Source: Basidiobolus meristosporus CBS 931.73
Lineage: Eukaryota; Fungi; Basidiobolomycota
DNA: 64,000 bases
NCBI GenBank assembly: GCA_002104905.1
Contig: MCFE01000007.1
Coordinates: 1-64,000, forward strand
Direction: 5' to 3'
A program made the position numbers and the translations under genes. Positions within the stretch are counted from its first letter, which is position 1; each line of letters opens with the position of its first letter. The notes under the pieces are model-generated. The model was not told the DNA's origin. It did no database searches and saw only the letters and a program-made list of their open reading frames with translations. Positions 49,351-64,000 of this stretch are shown here, piece after piece.

Positions 49351-51994
49351 TGTTTTAGTACTAAACAGCTGAGCAAGTAAGCGTCCTTTAACTCGGAGTA
49401 TACGTTCTAATTACGCTAAGATCGTGGTATTTAACGGTAACTTGAGAAGTATGGGTTGGCTGATAGTGCTCTGTGTCCTCCTCTTCCACAGAAATAGCGA
49501 TACGAAGAAGTACGGACAGCCATGGCAGGCAAGTGATCTTAGTTATAAAAGATTTTAGGTTACACCTTTCGCTGAGTTTCACCGATCTCTTCACTAGGCT
49601 AAACTCCAATCAGGTTTACCAATCGTACGTACTGTAAATATAACTAATTTATGTCATTTTTTATTGACTATAAGGATCAAGAAAACCCATATAAAATAGC
49701 GAACTCCATTTGCGGGTGTAAATTAAGGTTTTTTTGCTATCCACCATTCAACGTAAGCACTGTTCCCAAACTAGTTCAAATCCCCACCACATTCGCGCAT
49801 CCGATCTATATATCACCAACTAATCAGCCGCAACTGGCGCTGCTACATTAACCAGGATTTGGATGCCAGGGATTTTCAGTTGGCGTATTTTTATTGTATA
49901 CTGTTTGCCATCTGCTATTTTTGGTAATGGCTATTATTATAAGCAGGCTCCGTCCGAACAGCCTATGGCAATGCCAACATCTTGCTAGCGATCTCAAGTG
50001 TGATCATGATTCCTCAGCGCCAACCAATTAAAGGCACATGCTATATCGCAATCCACAGGCAGAAATAATTTCTTGATTTCAATAAGGTGGATATGTATGA
50101 GTTACTCAGCCTTCATTAAACCTGCTCAATATTGAGGCCCATGATAATAGATCGAGAAGGAAAGTCCTGTTCCAGCGGTGCCTGAGTCTACAGCAACCAA
50201 GGCGGATAGCTTGGCAATGATGTTATACGACACTCAAGATGCTGGGGCTTGCACCCGGCCTTGATTGTCACCAATACAATTGTCGCGGCGGTGGCTATAT
50301 CTGAGCTACAACAGCGAAATGGTCATGTTTACTGATTGATTGCTCCAAGTATGTCGTAATGGGTCAAATTTAGGCGTTCTTCATGCAACGTTGGAGAATC
50401 AAGATATGCAGGTTACCTGAAGATTCCTTGATATGCGGTACGGGCGTACCTGTGTTATTGAAATTAAACGAGGGACTCAAAAGGAAAATAAGTCCATCTA
50501 CTGAGTCGTCTGCTAATAGTCATCCATGTGGTGTCATTTGCCAATTACGAGCACAGTGGTCATAGACAGAGAATGGATCTTATTGTAACCAACTTTATAT
50601 TAAAATGGTGTAGTTTGTATTTCCATAGTCTTGTCACTATCATATTCTGGACCATTCCCATCTATCCAACAATGCCCTGTATCATCAGCCAATTCAGTCC
50701 ATTTGAACCGTCATTTCAGAGACCTTTTGTGCCCTAAAACTTGAAATATCAACAGGCCAGCAAGAAAGAGGCTTTCGGTACACCCACATGCTTAGATTAT
50801 CGACATTGGCGCCAACAGCCTTCCCTCTCATTCATTGGTAGAGGTTGGATGCCAAATGCAACACAACTAAATTCTGTATCATGTCACTTCTTTTAGAATT
50901 AACTCTTTTGTATGACGATTACACATCGGCCAAGCCTCGCCGATTGCGATTCTTTGCCCGTGGTGTGAGATTGGAGCTACAGCGGTTCTCCAGCAGTAGT
51001 CCAACAGAGTTGGTCAGAGAGTAGAGTGGACATCATATATCTTGCTCTTATCCCCAATCAGTCAACATTAAGGTTCTGTGATACATGTGATCTCTGATTC
51101 TTCCTACACGACTCATCCGTGCATCTTGTCGGGATATACCAACACAAGGCAAACAACAACATCACCTTGCATGCTGTTGGTGTTAACAACCAAAATCCGG
51201 CTGCAGAGAATGCCGGATGTGGTAGTAGTAGGCTTGGGCGCTCGGAGGGCGCTCTAATTCATTCTTGGTGAACCTATACCATTGTCGGGGAGGCTCTCCC
51301 ACTAGGTATTTGGAATCCGTTGATAGTCCTTAGCTCCATCAGGCGTGTGTTGGATGGCTTCAGGTATAGGCAGTGAGATGCGAGGAGTTGATTTGCCCAG
51401 TTGTTCAGGGGTTGTTTGCATGTTTCAACCTGTTCAAATTTACGTAAAGGAGTCCTGAGATTCACTACGGTTCTCAACTTGCACATTCTATCTGAATGAC
51501 TGCAGCAAATCAGATCTATTGCTCCATTCTTAAACCTGAGCGTATCACATCTGATATATTACTTATTTAAGTTATCTGTGAGTTGTTTCTCATATGGCTC
51601 TATAATCAAAGAGCAATCAAAAATAGTCACAGAGATACATAAACTTCCGGAACCAGTCACGAGCGTGGATTGTGCCTCTAGATTTTTATGCAAAGCCAAG
51701 TCGAGGTAGTACAGGTTTATATCAGCCATCAATTCCCTCAGTGTTGGAACAGTTCTTGACCAGTCTTACGATATTTGCTTTGAGCCTTTACAACCACGCC
51801 GCCTTTTACCTTTCTAAATATCTTTCGAAGTGTCTGCCAAACGATCTGACGAAGCAAATTTCTTCGAAAGCGATGCCTTAGATTTTAGTAAAGAAATCAG
51901 TCCCAGCATAAGATTGGTTTCTGAAGACACTAGAGCTCGAGAAGAGAACGGGGCAAACACAAACGATTGCCTGTCACCCTCAATTGCGCGCAGA

Positions 51995-54900
51995 ATGACT
52001 CAAGAACACATATCGAAGGAGGGGGTCAGAGCTGAACCCAAGTATTTAAGGTATGAGCGAAGCCACGGATAGCATGGAAAGCTTTGAAATATTAATCGGG
52101 AAGTATTCCTTCCGCACGGCAGAGATATCACCTCAATGGAGAACATTTCAACCATGCTACAAGGGCTTTCCAATTATGTCACAAGCCTCCCAGAATCCTT
52201 GGCCGGACTGAGAAAGAGCCAGTCACAATCGACAGAGGATTGCTCTGGAACGCAAGACTCGCCCTACGCAGACACGATGGAACCTCCAATTATTTCCAAG
52301 AAAAGGGTGGTGCTATATGCTTCGTTTGATTGGATTTGGGGGGTCTTTCCAAGCCATTCACCGAGGACATTGCAAAGGTTTAACATAAGAGTGCAAGTGA
52401 ACATCTCGTATTTCCTTAACAATGACCGATATATTCCATTAAATAGGCGGCTATGTCTAATGCTTGGCTATGAAGATGGATTCCAAATCTGGGATATAAT
52501 GAATATCAATGACATTAAAGAAATATTCTCATATATACAAGACAAATTACAAGTAACATGCATCAAAGTAAGATTCCAATTCTACTGACACCTACACTAA
52601 GTGAAGATTAACATCGTCCCAACCTTTCCTAGCCACTTCCAGAGCCGAGGTTTCGAAGAAATGTCTTGGACGAGTTCAAAGGCTATCGTACTCTCATTGC
52701 AGTGGTGTAAGTTCTATGGCCCATACCAAGCAAGATTTATGTGTAACATCTGTTCCATTGAAGTTCGGAGCCATTGACGGACCACGGCAACGTTGATCGA
52801 AAGTCGTCCAAGCTAGATTTTTTTTCACTGAAAACACACTCGAATATCAAAACTGTCGAGTATAAGCATGCAAGATTAATGGATATCAAATGCAATGACA
52901 GCATAATTGTTCTGGTATATATCAGTTCATGTCTGTAAGTCAGAGCGCGGTTGTGCTAACCAGTCCTGTGTAATTTGCAGGCATTTAAACCAAATAAGAT
53001 CTTGGTGTTGTCTCCCTATACCTTGAATACTCTGTCGGCAATCGAAAACAGCATTAGTAACCCAATTACTGAGGCACCTGTGATTGCGCTTGGCGATCGT
53101 CTTATAGCATACGCTACTTCCTTGAGGACCCATATAGACGAAGGCTCCGGCCGTGATTTTACTGATAGGGTCTTTCAGGTTGAAAAGGTTGCCAAGAATG
53201 TAGTTCATGGAGTAAAGACAATAGGTGGCTCTACATTTCCCACAAGCAGGAAATTTCGTCAACATTAATGGTGAGCATTATACTAGGTGATTTAGGTTAT
53301 AAAGCTTTGTCCAGCTATTTCGCCGGATCCGTGTCACCCGACCAGCCAAGAATGGCCGATCCCAAGGGACAAATCAACGCAGGTGCCAGAAATAAGGACA
53401 TACTGAAATCCGACGAGGCTAGTGGAATGGTAAGGACATTTCACGATTCATACGAACAATGGTCACTGAGACACAAAGGCATTACACAGATTATCATACA
53501 AGACGCTGCTCATCTCAAGCACGGATCTGCACCGCATTCTATGAGAAACTCATTGCACCACTTCAAGGCCCACAATCATAGGGTTGCTGCGATGACCTTT
53601 AATCATAGCGGAAATCTTCTTGCCACTGCTTCTACCCAGGGAACCAGCTTCAAAGTGTTTGAAATTAACAACAATGGAATAGTCAACAATATGTATGATG
53701 CAGGCCTGTAGCCGGCTTTACTCGAAACTCGACTAATATCATATATAGGTATAAGCTATCCCGTGGATACACCTTTGCACGTGTCGCCCATATTACATTT
53801 AGCACCGATTCCAAATGGCTGGCTGTAGGCACCAGTCGAGGAACAACGCGTATCCTTTTTGTGTTTTCGCTTGATGTCGAGTTACTCTTCTCCAGCTATT
53901 GCAAACTTGACTCGCGCCTTAGATGTATTTGCAATCAATCCCTATGGAGGGCATACGAATGTTGCTTCCCATGTTCGTACTTCTGTCGCAAACGAGAAAA
54001 GCAGATTTAATCGCAGAGCTTATGCCGTAAGTCTGTCAAACCAACTGAGTAGCTCTGTTAGAAATTACTTAAAATGTTTAAGGACAAGGCCATCAACCTA
54101 GCGCCTGTCACCAGGTTGAAGCAAAAGGGAGCCGCGGTAGAAAACGATCGAACTTTGAGTGTCAGTCATCCCGAATCGAACACCTTCGAAGAGGGTGTGC
54201 CATTGGGAAGAGCAAACTCTCAGGTGGTATTTATAACCAAATCGCAATGGCCATCAAAAGTAAACTCTGGCCGTAAAAACGCACCCTCACAGGGGCAACA
54301 GAAGATATTGACATTTACTTCTGATGGGAACCTCACTTTACACCAACTCAACACCAAAGCAAATACTATAAAAAGGAGAATCAAAGGCAGGTTGGGAAGG
54401 CTTCCAGTGGGCATGATCTAAAGAACTAACAGCGTAAACAGGTCGAACGCTCACCGCCTTGGAGCTTACAGTCAATACCGAAGATGTTGCAGAATGGAGC
54501 TTGGCGCGTGGACAGGATTGGGGTCAAGTTTACACCATTATAGATGCCCCTACCTTAAGCCAAAAGGAAGGGCAACCCTCTTTGGTAGGATGGATTCTAC
54601 AATCTGAAACATCCACTCATCCGGTTCATATATCTCCATTATGGTTATCACCACAATTTACCTTTCAAACTTACGACCCTGAAGCAACTAATGGCGACAA
54701 GTCTCTTGGACTGCCCCCCAGCCGAACCCTTAACTTCAAGATGGACAATCCCCTTCCTTATGGAGTATATCGGCCGAAGAACATGAATGAAAGCTCAAAT
54801 TTCTCTGAGGAAGACCTTGAGAATCACTTATTACATGCCATGGGCTCAAAGATGGAAATTCACTCAATGCTACGGAGTAAACAGCCTGCTTCAAGTGATA

Positions 54901-55160
54901 TCGATTCCCATGCAGGTTACGGTTTCAGTTACACTACACTGCGAATGAGCATGTATACTCACACCCCTTTAGATCCAGGGTTCACGTTGGCTGGATGTAA
55001 GGATATAGAGATAGATGGAATTCCTTTGTCCTCCACAAATCTCGCCCCCGAAGAATATAGTATAGAGTTTGAATATGCCAGTGATACAGGCATTGAGAGT
55101 CCGCCAGTCAAAAATCAGAGTACCGATTGGAATGGCAGGAATGGGAAGCCGACCTCCTGA
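51995..55160 (+). CDS. BCAS3-like WD40/PROPPIN-related protein, multi-exon
   Basis: LMLGYEDGFQIWD, IALGDRLIAYA, FKAHNHRVAAMTFNHSGNLLATAS, SRGYTFARVAHITFSTDSKWLAVGTSRGT and LWLSPQFTFQTY. Confidence 0.85.
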
Positions 55161-55850
55161 TTGTTGATCCTCTGCCATGCGCATTCGATTCTTGGAAAGC
55201 ACTTTGTATATGTTCGATGAGTGGGGTGCATTTTTCTTGATAGATCATCACCTATAATATTACTAGTTGGTTTGTGAAATATATAGCCACTATCCAGATC
55301 ATCAGCGATTGCTATTATCCATATATCTGGGGATTCGATTTTTGTTTGAATATCGGATTCAACTATGCCTTCAGTTGCTAATCAGTTCTCCCTCCTATAG
55401 ATTTTCCTTTTGATATTAGGCATGATAATAAACAAGTGTGACAGTTAAATAAGGTTTAAAACCAATCTCCGGTTTAGCCAACTTACATTACGATATAATG
55501 TTGATGATGCCACATGTGTACTGCTGAATGGCCAAACCCAACCTCAAAGCACTCTACGGGGGAGGCGATTGTTGCAAGCAAGTAGTTTAGCACCTGATTA
55601 GTCGTATATATAGGTATGGTACTTTCACCCATTTAAAATTGAGGATTATTGACTTGCTGACTATTTTGTATAATGTAGGCTAATTCTATGAAACGATGAT
55701 TGCCCAAAAGACCCTAGGACTTGCACACGACCTTTGGGAAGTTTACTAAAAAGTGTATATACTTTATGTCAATTGAATGTATCAATAGGCCAGAGTCACA
55801 CTTTCCTCCTGATACTCCAGCTCACTTTCAACAGTATTAAGGGTAAGATT

Positions 55851-56167
55851 TATTGTAAATATTCCGCTTACACCTAAACCATTCATATAATGTGAGATTC
55901 TACTTGGCTTATTGCCAAGTTATGAATCGTTTACTTGAGATTTAGTTCGTAAGATATTGGCTAATTCTAAGAATTAGTGAAGGCCTGGAAGTTATCGATA
56001 TTTTTAAACTTGCCTAAAAGCCCCCAAACTACGTGCACAGCTTCCTGGCACCCTCTTTGAAGCATTCGTTTCATTAGTATTACGAAACTCTCCTTGAATT
56101 ATAAATACTCTAATCGAACACAATAAAACATCAAATCACCTCCAATACTCTCTAGAATTTTACAACA
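55851..56167 (+). repeat. Degenerate solo-like LTR related to the copia LTR at 6403-6734, inverted orientation
   Basis: Reverse complement begins TGTTGTAA...GAGAGTATTGGAGGTGATT, has central GTGCCAGGAAGCTGTGCACGTAGTTTGGGGGC and ends TTAGGTGT...TTTACAATA, matching LTR landmarks. Confidence 0.65.
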
Positions 56168-56199
56168 ATACTTGTGAATTCCATGCTTACACTAGCTTC

Positions 56200-56540
56200 T
56201 ATTGTAAGAGTTTTGAGGATGCTGAAGGTGATTGGGAGAGCAAGTAGATGATGTGGTTTTACAGGCAAGGATTTATTCAATATCAAAGTAGTATATATAC
56301 ATTTACATGGCCTTCGCAAAACAAACACGTATAATATGTTTAGGAAGGTCTCAAGAACATGTGTGCAGAATTTGAGGCTGTCTGGGCAACTTTGAGAAAT
56401 TTCATGTTCTGGGTACCAGATCTTTGGATGAAAATATTCTTAGTAAATTCCAACAAGGAATTTGGCCCTAACATTTGCAGACAATGATCTAAGTGACTAG
56501 GCTAGGTGAATATATAGGTGTAATTAGGAAATTTACAACA
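56200..56540 (-). repeat. Solo-like LTR related to the copia LTR at 6403-6734
   Basis: Colinear matches such as TTGTAAGAG, GGAAGGTCTCAAGAACATGTGTGCA, TTCATGTTCTGGGTA, ATGATCTAAGTGACTA and the TTTACAACA end. Confidence 0.85.
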
Positions 56541-57932
56541 AATGACAGCTACCCAGAGTACAATATTTCTCAGAGTCGTCCAAAAGACCGCATATTGGAA
56601 TGTTGCTAAGCATGTTTTGTGTGTTCATCTTTTACATTTATGTGCTTGAAGACCTTTTAAGTATATATAATATTTGTTCTGCCAAGGTCTTTTGCGTTTA
56701 ATAAGTCATTTTAGGCAAAACCACATAGCATACTAGTTTTGTCTATCACTTCCAACATCTTCATACTCCTCACAATAGAATTTGGGATATTGGCTTAACA
56801 TGGAATTTCCATAGGGCATGAGTTCACATTTGATCAACTATTTGTGGAGATTTAGGATTTATGACCAAGTATTTCAAGTATAACGGGAGGTTTCTGTCCA
56901 AAGCTCACTTCACTCAAATGGGAATTCTCATTTCTGAGAAGCAAGTAGAGCTGGGATACTGAAGTGGTCAGTGATTGTCTTGGGAACAGAGCTTTTAATA
57001 TGAAGGTCTCTAAAGTTGAAATAGATTTTTCTTGCCTGTGCAAGAGCTTTGTAAAAATTATGATGAAATTTGTCAAGGAAAGTAGTGGAGAGATATGTGC
57101 AAAGGGTCTAGAGTCTTTTCTCTCTTTTCAGTAATTTTGCAATTCTGATGAACTAAAAAATAGACGTTGCAAAGTTCGTTGGTTAAGTGTGAAACCCTAA
57201 TGTATAAATATCGAAGTTCAATGCTTGAATCATAGTTCAGTCAGGTTCCTACTGTTGCGCATTAATATACGATACATGATACACAAAGATTTACTCGGCT
57301 CCTTGAGTAGTGCCACCTTTCTTTTCCAAACAGAAATGGATCAAAATAAAGCTAGATTCCAAATACTGCATTAGAACACGGTTAGTATCGACCATGATGA
57401 TAGAAAAGTTTTACTTTGGAAGTTAGCACATGCAGGCTTAACAGAAGTGGCTTTTTGGGCTATTTGCCCATATTCATTTGTGCATTGGAACCATGTGAAA
57501 TACCTAGACACTAAACTGATTTTAATTAGATAAGGCGGTCCCCCAATTTCTGACGAAACTGGGCATCTCCACAAACAGTCACTACGTAATTTGCCAGGAC
57601 AGTTCAGCAATACCCAGCGACTCAAGGACCCATTCGAAATAAGCTCATGGTGTGCTATTGACATATGCAACGGATAATTTGGTGGCTTCTGGCATAACAT
57701 AAATGGAAGCTGAGAGCGAAGCTTTAGGATGCAGCGAGGATACTGATACGCTAAGTTGCTCAATTCTTGTCTGGTGGAAGTAACCGCCTAAATATGGATC
57801 AATTTCCACCCTAATCTGGCTCGATAGCGGTTAGATGTAAGGATTCGATCAACCCACCCCTCTTCCGCACAGACTATACGGGCCTTTCGTCTACCAAGAC
57901 CAGCCAATCTTAATTCTAGGATTCCCTATATC

Positions 57933-58193
57933 CTAACAGATATGATATAGTGTGGTGAATAATTCCGACGCAAGTCTAGAAACCGGGAAGGGCAGCATGA
58001 TCTGTCGATCGATAATCATCGCCATTGTGTCAAAAGTATCCCCCTCATCATCAACAACCGTCGGAAGTCGAAAAGGTGAGACACTCGTTTGCAGTGAGCG
58101 AGTATGTGACCACTGATTCCTATCTAGACAACGAGAATCCATGAAGAATACATGCGCATTTAATACAGCAATGATCGGATGCTGAATTGCATC
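57933..58193 (-). other. Possible exon or decayed coding fragment of unknown family
   Basis: Long open frame with protein-like composition (MEDSYLEALSYWRKVAHSINDAIQHPIIAVLNAHVFFMD...); no family recognised. Confidence 0.25.
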
Positions 58194-58658
58194 GTTGATG
58201 CTGTGTGCTACCTTCCTCCAATACGATAGAGCCTCCAAATAAGAATCTTCCATTCTAAAAAGATACGTATAGATTTGAATCGATTCTAAATAAATACTGG
58301 AGAAAATTTGGCAACTAGTGTTCGCTCGCCTGTTATTTAGCCCATAATTGTCGAGTCTTATCGCTGACATTTCCGAGCTTCCTGCTTGTGACGTAAAGGC
58401 CCATTCGGACCCAAAACGTTACATGGTGCGAATAATCATACTTGATTTAGGATTCTACCTGGTGAGATTTATGTTGCTAACTATGGAAACCATGGTTGGG
58501 AATCCAGCATTATTTGGTAAACTCCCAGCGGGAGGCCATTGGCTCGGGTGGTAATTGGGTTGAGAAAAGCGATTCAGCTCGGGTATATAAGGAATTGCTC
58601 TGCCACGCATCCCAGTAGCTTGTGCCAGCATATCCAACGTAGTCCACTCTCAAAGTAA

Positions 58659-59221
<563 letters not shown>

Positions 59222-62200
59222 ATGACCTCATCGAATCGGTAGATCCAAGAATATTCCTTGCATTCCAGATCATCCATAGAATTTCAAGATTGTAAATTCA
59301 GCATCCATTATCATACGGTGATTTGTAATGCTCATGCATGTGAGGTTTCGAGCTTTCTATCATAGGAGTTGTAAGCACTTGTACGGTGCCACTCTGTATA
59401 TAATTCCCATTCCGATCGCTTCAGCCATGGTGAAATCCGAGGACTAACCCACAAACACAACAAGCTAAACATGTATAAAGTGTAAAGTCTCGTAGTTTCG
59501 AGCATATTAATGAATTCCAATAAATACGACCGTCGAGTCCGCCATTCAGGGCTTCTCTAACCCATGGCCTGGAGCATCAACCATGTGGAAACACTTGGCT
59601 ATTGGCCTATCACCAGACTAAAATTAAATATATCGCGCCAAGTCGAGCCCAGACGCTAATTGGTAGGATATACAATTTTCAGGTTGGATCAGTTATGCTG
59701 TGTGCCAGGTTGAACCGTGGATCTGAAACTTAGAGCATGGACCTTTTTGGGACGGTCCTCGACAGCCTTTTTTCGAGATGGTCAGACACACAAATGAGAC
59801 ATTCGCCAAATTCATTTAGATCCTCTCGCTTGCCATGAAATATGAGGTGCATAGTTCAATAGCAGTCGTCAGAGCAGCTGGGTCTTCAATCCCCAGCTAG
59901 GTCTTTCAATCCTCTTGTCAGCCTAAGATGTTTACTTGATTCAGCTGTGCACCCATCTCATGATCTGCGATTCGATGTATCTGAAACCCTGCGGTGTCCG
60001 TGAAAATATCCAAAACACTGCTTAAATGTAGTAAATTTGACCGAATCCCCTATGCGTCGAGGTTGCCACCCAAGAGGCCATTAGTCCAATTGCAACGACT
60101 ATTTGGCCTATACAGGCCAGCGTTTCGATGCTGTGATTGGGCGCGGCTCTGAGGCGACGGTGGTGTCAACCTCAAGACGCTATAATGACCTAAGGTTTCA
60201 CAAGAACGGAAGAGATCATGAAACTGGGCTCTAGCATAACCCCTCTCGCACCAATTTACATGGGCGCCGCTCGTTGCGCCATGCAATCCTGTGTCGCTCG
60301 GGTACTCATTGACCGTCGAAAGACCCTAGTTGCTCTTGGTCTTATTCAATACTTACTAATTCAATAACATAACTGGGCGAATGCATGATCCCTGGAAGAT
60401 CTGATCATTAGAAGGTTACAAATGTAAATCATTTACCCCCAGGGCATAACAAAACAATAGATTCTTCCGGGTTATCGAACCATCAGCAATGTGGTGGAAA
60501 AGCCTGGTGTGCACATGAATGGCAACCTGATGTTTAAAAATCCAACTTCCAGGCTGCGCATAAACGTCAAAAAACTGACTCAGTGTTGTACTCGATCACA
60601 TACGTGTACTCGTGATTGGTAATGATCGTTATTAATTTGGAGAATACCACTCAGATGCCTAAATGGCTAAATAGCAGACCCCCACATGCACATGTCCATC
60701 CATGCCCCAAATTGAGGCTGCGCATACCGTTCTTGAATATTCTCAAGCCGAACCTTTGCAGACACATCTAGTGGACATGGCGTTTAGTTTACTCGTTTGG
60801 ACACCATGGATAAATCGGAGCATGCAACTTTTGTCTCTGAGCGATTGGTGGAGTTAGTTGCCCAATCGCCTGTCAAGTAGAGCAGCAAATGCCCGATTCT
60901 ACTAGGCATTCCTGATCTCCTCCGACTCGAAGCGATCCGATATGGGTAGCCTATTCTTGTTCTAGGCGTGTCAGAACCCAAGAGAATTGGCTGTAGGATG
61001 GAATCATCTGAACTGGGTTAGTTGTGGTATAAGAACCATCCACTCTATTTGCCATATGTGGCCGGAAAGGGATGCAGTGGCCAGTAAGATCCGCCCCCAT
61101 CCCGGATAAATATCATATCTTAAATATCCCTACTGGCGGTCTAATTACGGCCAGATGGTCAAATCACATTGTTGGCCGCCAAGTGTTTCGATTTCTATGA
61201 TCTGGACAAAGCACTCTTGACACCCCAAATTGGGCGATGGCCTCCGCTGTACATGGTTTCGAACTGCTCGAGAATCCAGAGTGTGATAGATATGCATTCA
61301 ATATATGCAATGACTAATTTAACCTCATGCCATCAGGTTAGGCCAAAGCAATTATCCGAAACAAAACAAGCACAGCATCATAATTGTCGCGTCAGATATG
61401 CACCATTCTATGAAAGTCAAATGGGCATATTCCGTTGGAACTGGAGGAAGCCCCCAAAAGAATTATATTGTGACGCCCAGATCCAGAAGAATCTGAATCA
61501 TCTTGGGCGGTATCGGCTTTGATCATTTGGCTCAGCACCCATGGAGCCAGCATGCTGGTCACTTGACACCGTAGCAGGTTGTCACCACCAGCCATTTCAG
61601 ATACGCTGATGTGGAATGGGAGTGGCTTAGCCAAATCCGTCCATACACTGGGTCTTTTCAACCGCTCTATGCTACGGAGAATTGTTCTATTTCAATGAGC
61701 GTCTCCAGCGTCGCACCAGAGTAGGATTAACCCATATACCCAGATGATTGATCTGAAACCCCTGGGGTTACAATGTCTCAAGGTTGTTGAGTGGACCCGT
61801 AGTTAGCACAAGCTTGAATCTACTATCATCATTGTTGAACGTCAGTTCGTCGATTTAGCAGCATCCATGTGAAAATCAGCCAGGATGCCACCACCCAAGC
61901 ATACGATCTATCACTATCCGGATCGGAGGCCTGACAAATGGACCAGTAGCGGAGAGCCTAGGTACGTTCAATCTAACGGTCATATTGGCAAGTCGCAGCC
62001 TGTGATCAGACAATTTAGCGTGTAATAGGTGTGAATGGGTTTGAGGTTAGATGTTTGTCTGCTCAAGCACCAAGATACGACGGTGCCATTGTTCCCAATA
62101 GAGAGGTTTACCAATACGATGGGCTGATTTATTAAACCGCTTGATTCCTCTTGGTTAATTAGGTTTTTTTGTCTCACCTAGGTGTCGTTGCATCCTTAAA

Positions 62201-64000
62201 CCTCGCTGACAACACCCTACCGCAAATGCACTTGCATATCCTGTGATTTCAAATCAACAACCAAAGGTTGCACATATACTATCAGCATTGGAAATGCTGA
62301 TGCCAACCTACACATATATAGCAGCATAGTTTCAGTGCCTAATGCAGCATCATTTACCCAACTGTGTATCGGATGCGTAGTAGCAGGTTTATGTCGATCA
62401 TCAACTCCTCAAACACTCTGCAGTACCAGAGTATGCCATGCTATCTCTATTTTGCATCAAACAGAGGGGAGGAGTCATCCCGATTTCTCGCCACACATCG
62501 ATCGTCACACACTGCATACGAATCCATGAATGGGTTTAAGAAGTTGAGGACCTAGAGTACCACTAAATGAGGTAACCAACAAATAGTAGCCAGATCAAAT
62601 ATGTTCGGTGCACCGTACCTGGTGCTTGGTAATATGCACGATGGTGGGCCTCTTGGGCATGACTTGTCGACATTTGGGCAATGAAGTGGCCTGTTTCATC
62701 ACGGCCTACCCGATAAGCCATGGTGCACCCACCGCTGCGTACCAAACGAGCGCTGTGTGGTGTAGTATGGAAATTTGCTGAGTGGCTGAGAATTCATTAG
62801 TTGGATATACTGATCAAGATCTGATGTGGAAAATCTATTATCACGGCCTCGTTAATATGTCAATCCGGTTCTATCACGAAGACCTCTGGAAGTTGGGGCA
62901 GCGAGATCTGAGGCCATTTAGACGATTTTGGGCCAAGAGCCTGGGGTAAATTGGAAGGCATAGTTTATTTGAAGGGCTATCTTAACTGCAAGGGAATCAT
63001 GGCCCCTAATATATACAATTATCGGCTAATCAGCGAGGCAAAACTGAAAGGCACCAAATATGTAGGCATTAAGAAAACCCTTGGAACCCAGAAAAGCCTA
63101 TCAACCACCCAATTCTCGAGATTGGCTTAGTATCAACACCTCGCCAAGCGTTGGTCCTTTCAAAAGCACTGCCCCCGAGATCCGACAAATCTACGTATCG
63201 CAGGGAATATGCTTCACCGAGTGGGCGTGAATGCTAATATTGATTTTGTATCGTACGTAGGAGATTCCAGTTAGCCTCCACTCATCTTCCGTGGTGGAAA
63301 GTCGACCATTGGTGGATTTGTGGAATTGGCGACAATCTGGAAAGGTCCACAAACTCCGAAAGCACTTCCGAACGCATGAAAATACAATCACCAATGTGTT
63401 TTCACTACGTCCTGTCGACACCACGACACCAAACTTTGTTTAGACACAGTATTTCCACAGTTTGTGTGGCAAAAACAACGGGCTGGGAATCAATTCCCTC
63501 TAGACCATGCTTCTGCATCCAGTTTCGAAGTTGGGAATGAATTGTGGGAATATCCGTAAGGTAGAAAGGGCGTACTAGATTTTGTCGAAAGTTGCTGATG
63601 TTGGAATAAGCACATGTGGAGTCACCATCGTTTATCAATTAGTGAGTCGTATGGGCCCTCCAAATATTGGATTCCGCATTCCATTATCCGTGTATGAGGG
63701 TTTTGATACTCGCGCTCATCTTGCACGCAAGTGTTGCTGTGGCTGTCCTTTTTGGTCGAATTCACACACCCTATGCCACGGTCTAAACCCGAAACTGCAC
63801 AATGTAAAAGATTTCATAACTCGATACATCCTCAGATATGTCCTGATATTGAATCTACCACCTGGGTCCCCTGACCAGTCTAGCATAATTGCAGAACCTT
63901 TTGGAAGTTTTATTAGGACTAATTTGGCAATATTTAATAGGAAGCGGATCTTCCATGAGATGGATTTTTCGGAAGCCAAGTCCCTATACTTCCTGTAGTC

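Overview
Eukaryotic DNA, most likely an intron-rich early-diverging fungus (inferred from short GT-AG introns, gene content and TTAGGG-type telomere repeats). The window has two very different parts. (1) Bases 1-5046 are a CpG-depleted, strictly polarised head-to-tail array of nine units. They come from at least four unrelated RNA-like families: A = ORF1/RRM-like coding unit (3 copies); B = C-terminus of a second unknown protein (2); C = tRNA-headed structured non-coding RNA (2); D = LINE-type reverse transcriptase (1, plus a 40-bp stub of its end). All nine units end in a two-hairpin module followed by a pyrimidine tract and the telomere complement CCCTAA (the 40-bp stub keeps only the second hairpin; the last copy ends CCCCTA). 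The array is joined at 5046/5047 to a Ty1/copia element cut in mid-ORF. This reads as a multipartite retro-system that adds RNA copies onto chromosome ends by telomere-like priming, and that healed a chromosome break; I cannot confirm its novelty without searches. (2) Bases 7334-59221 are ordinary host genes: CSC1/OSCA channel, PHO4-like bHLH, SIRT4-like sirtuin, IMPACT/YIH1, PTH2, ERV14, ATP19, GLR1, an RBR ligase, a 2OG oxygenase, an alginate-lyase-like protein, a BCAS3-like protein and a C2H2 factor. Oddities here are two tandem small mitochondrial-type paralogs, a lipase-like protein with Asp at the nucleophile position, and a head-to-head pair of LTRs related to the terminal copia.
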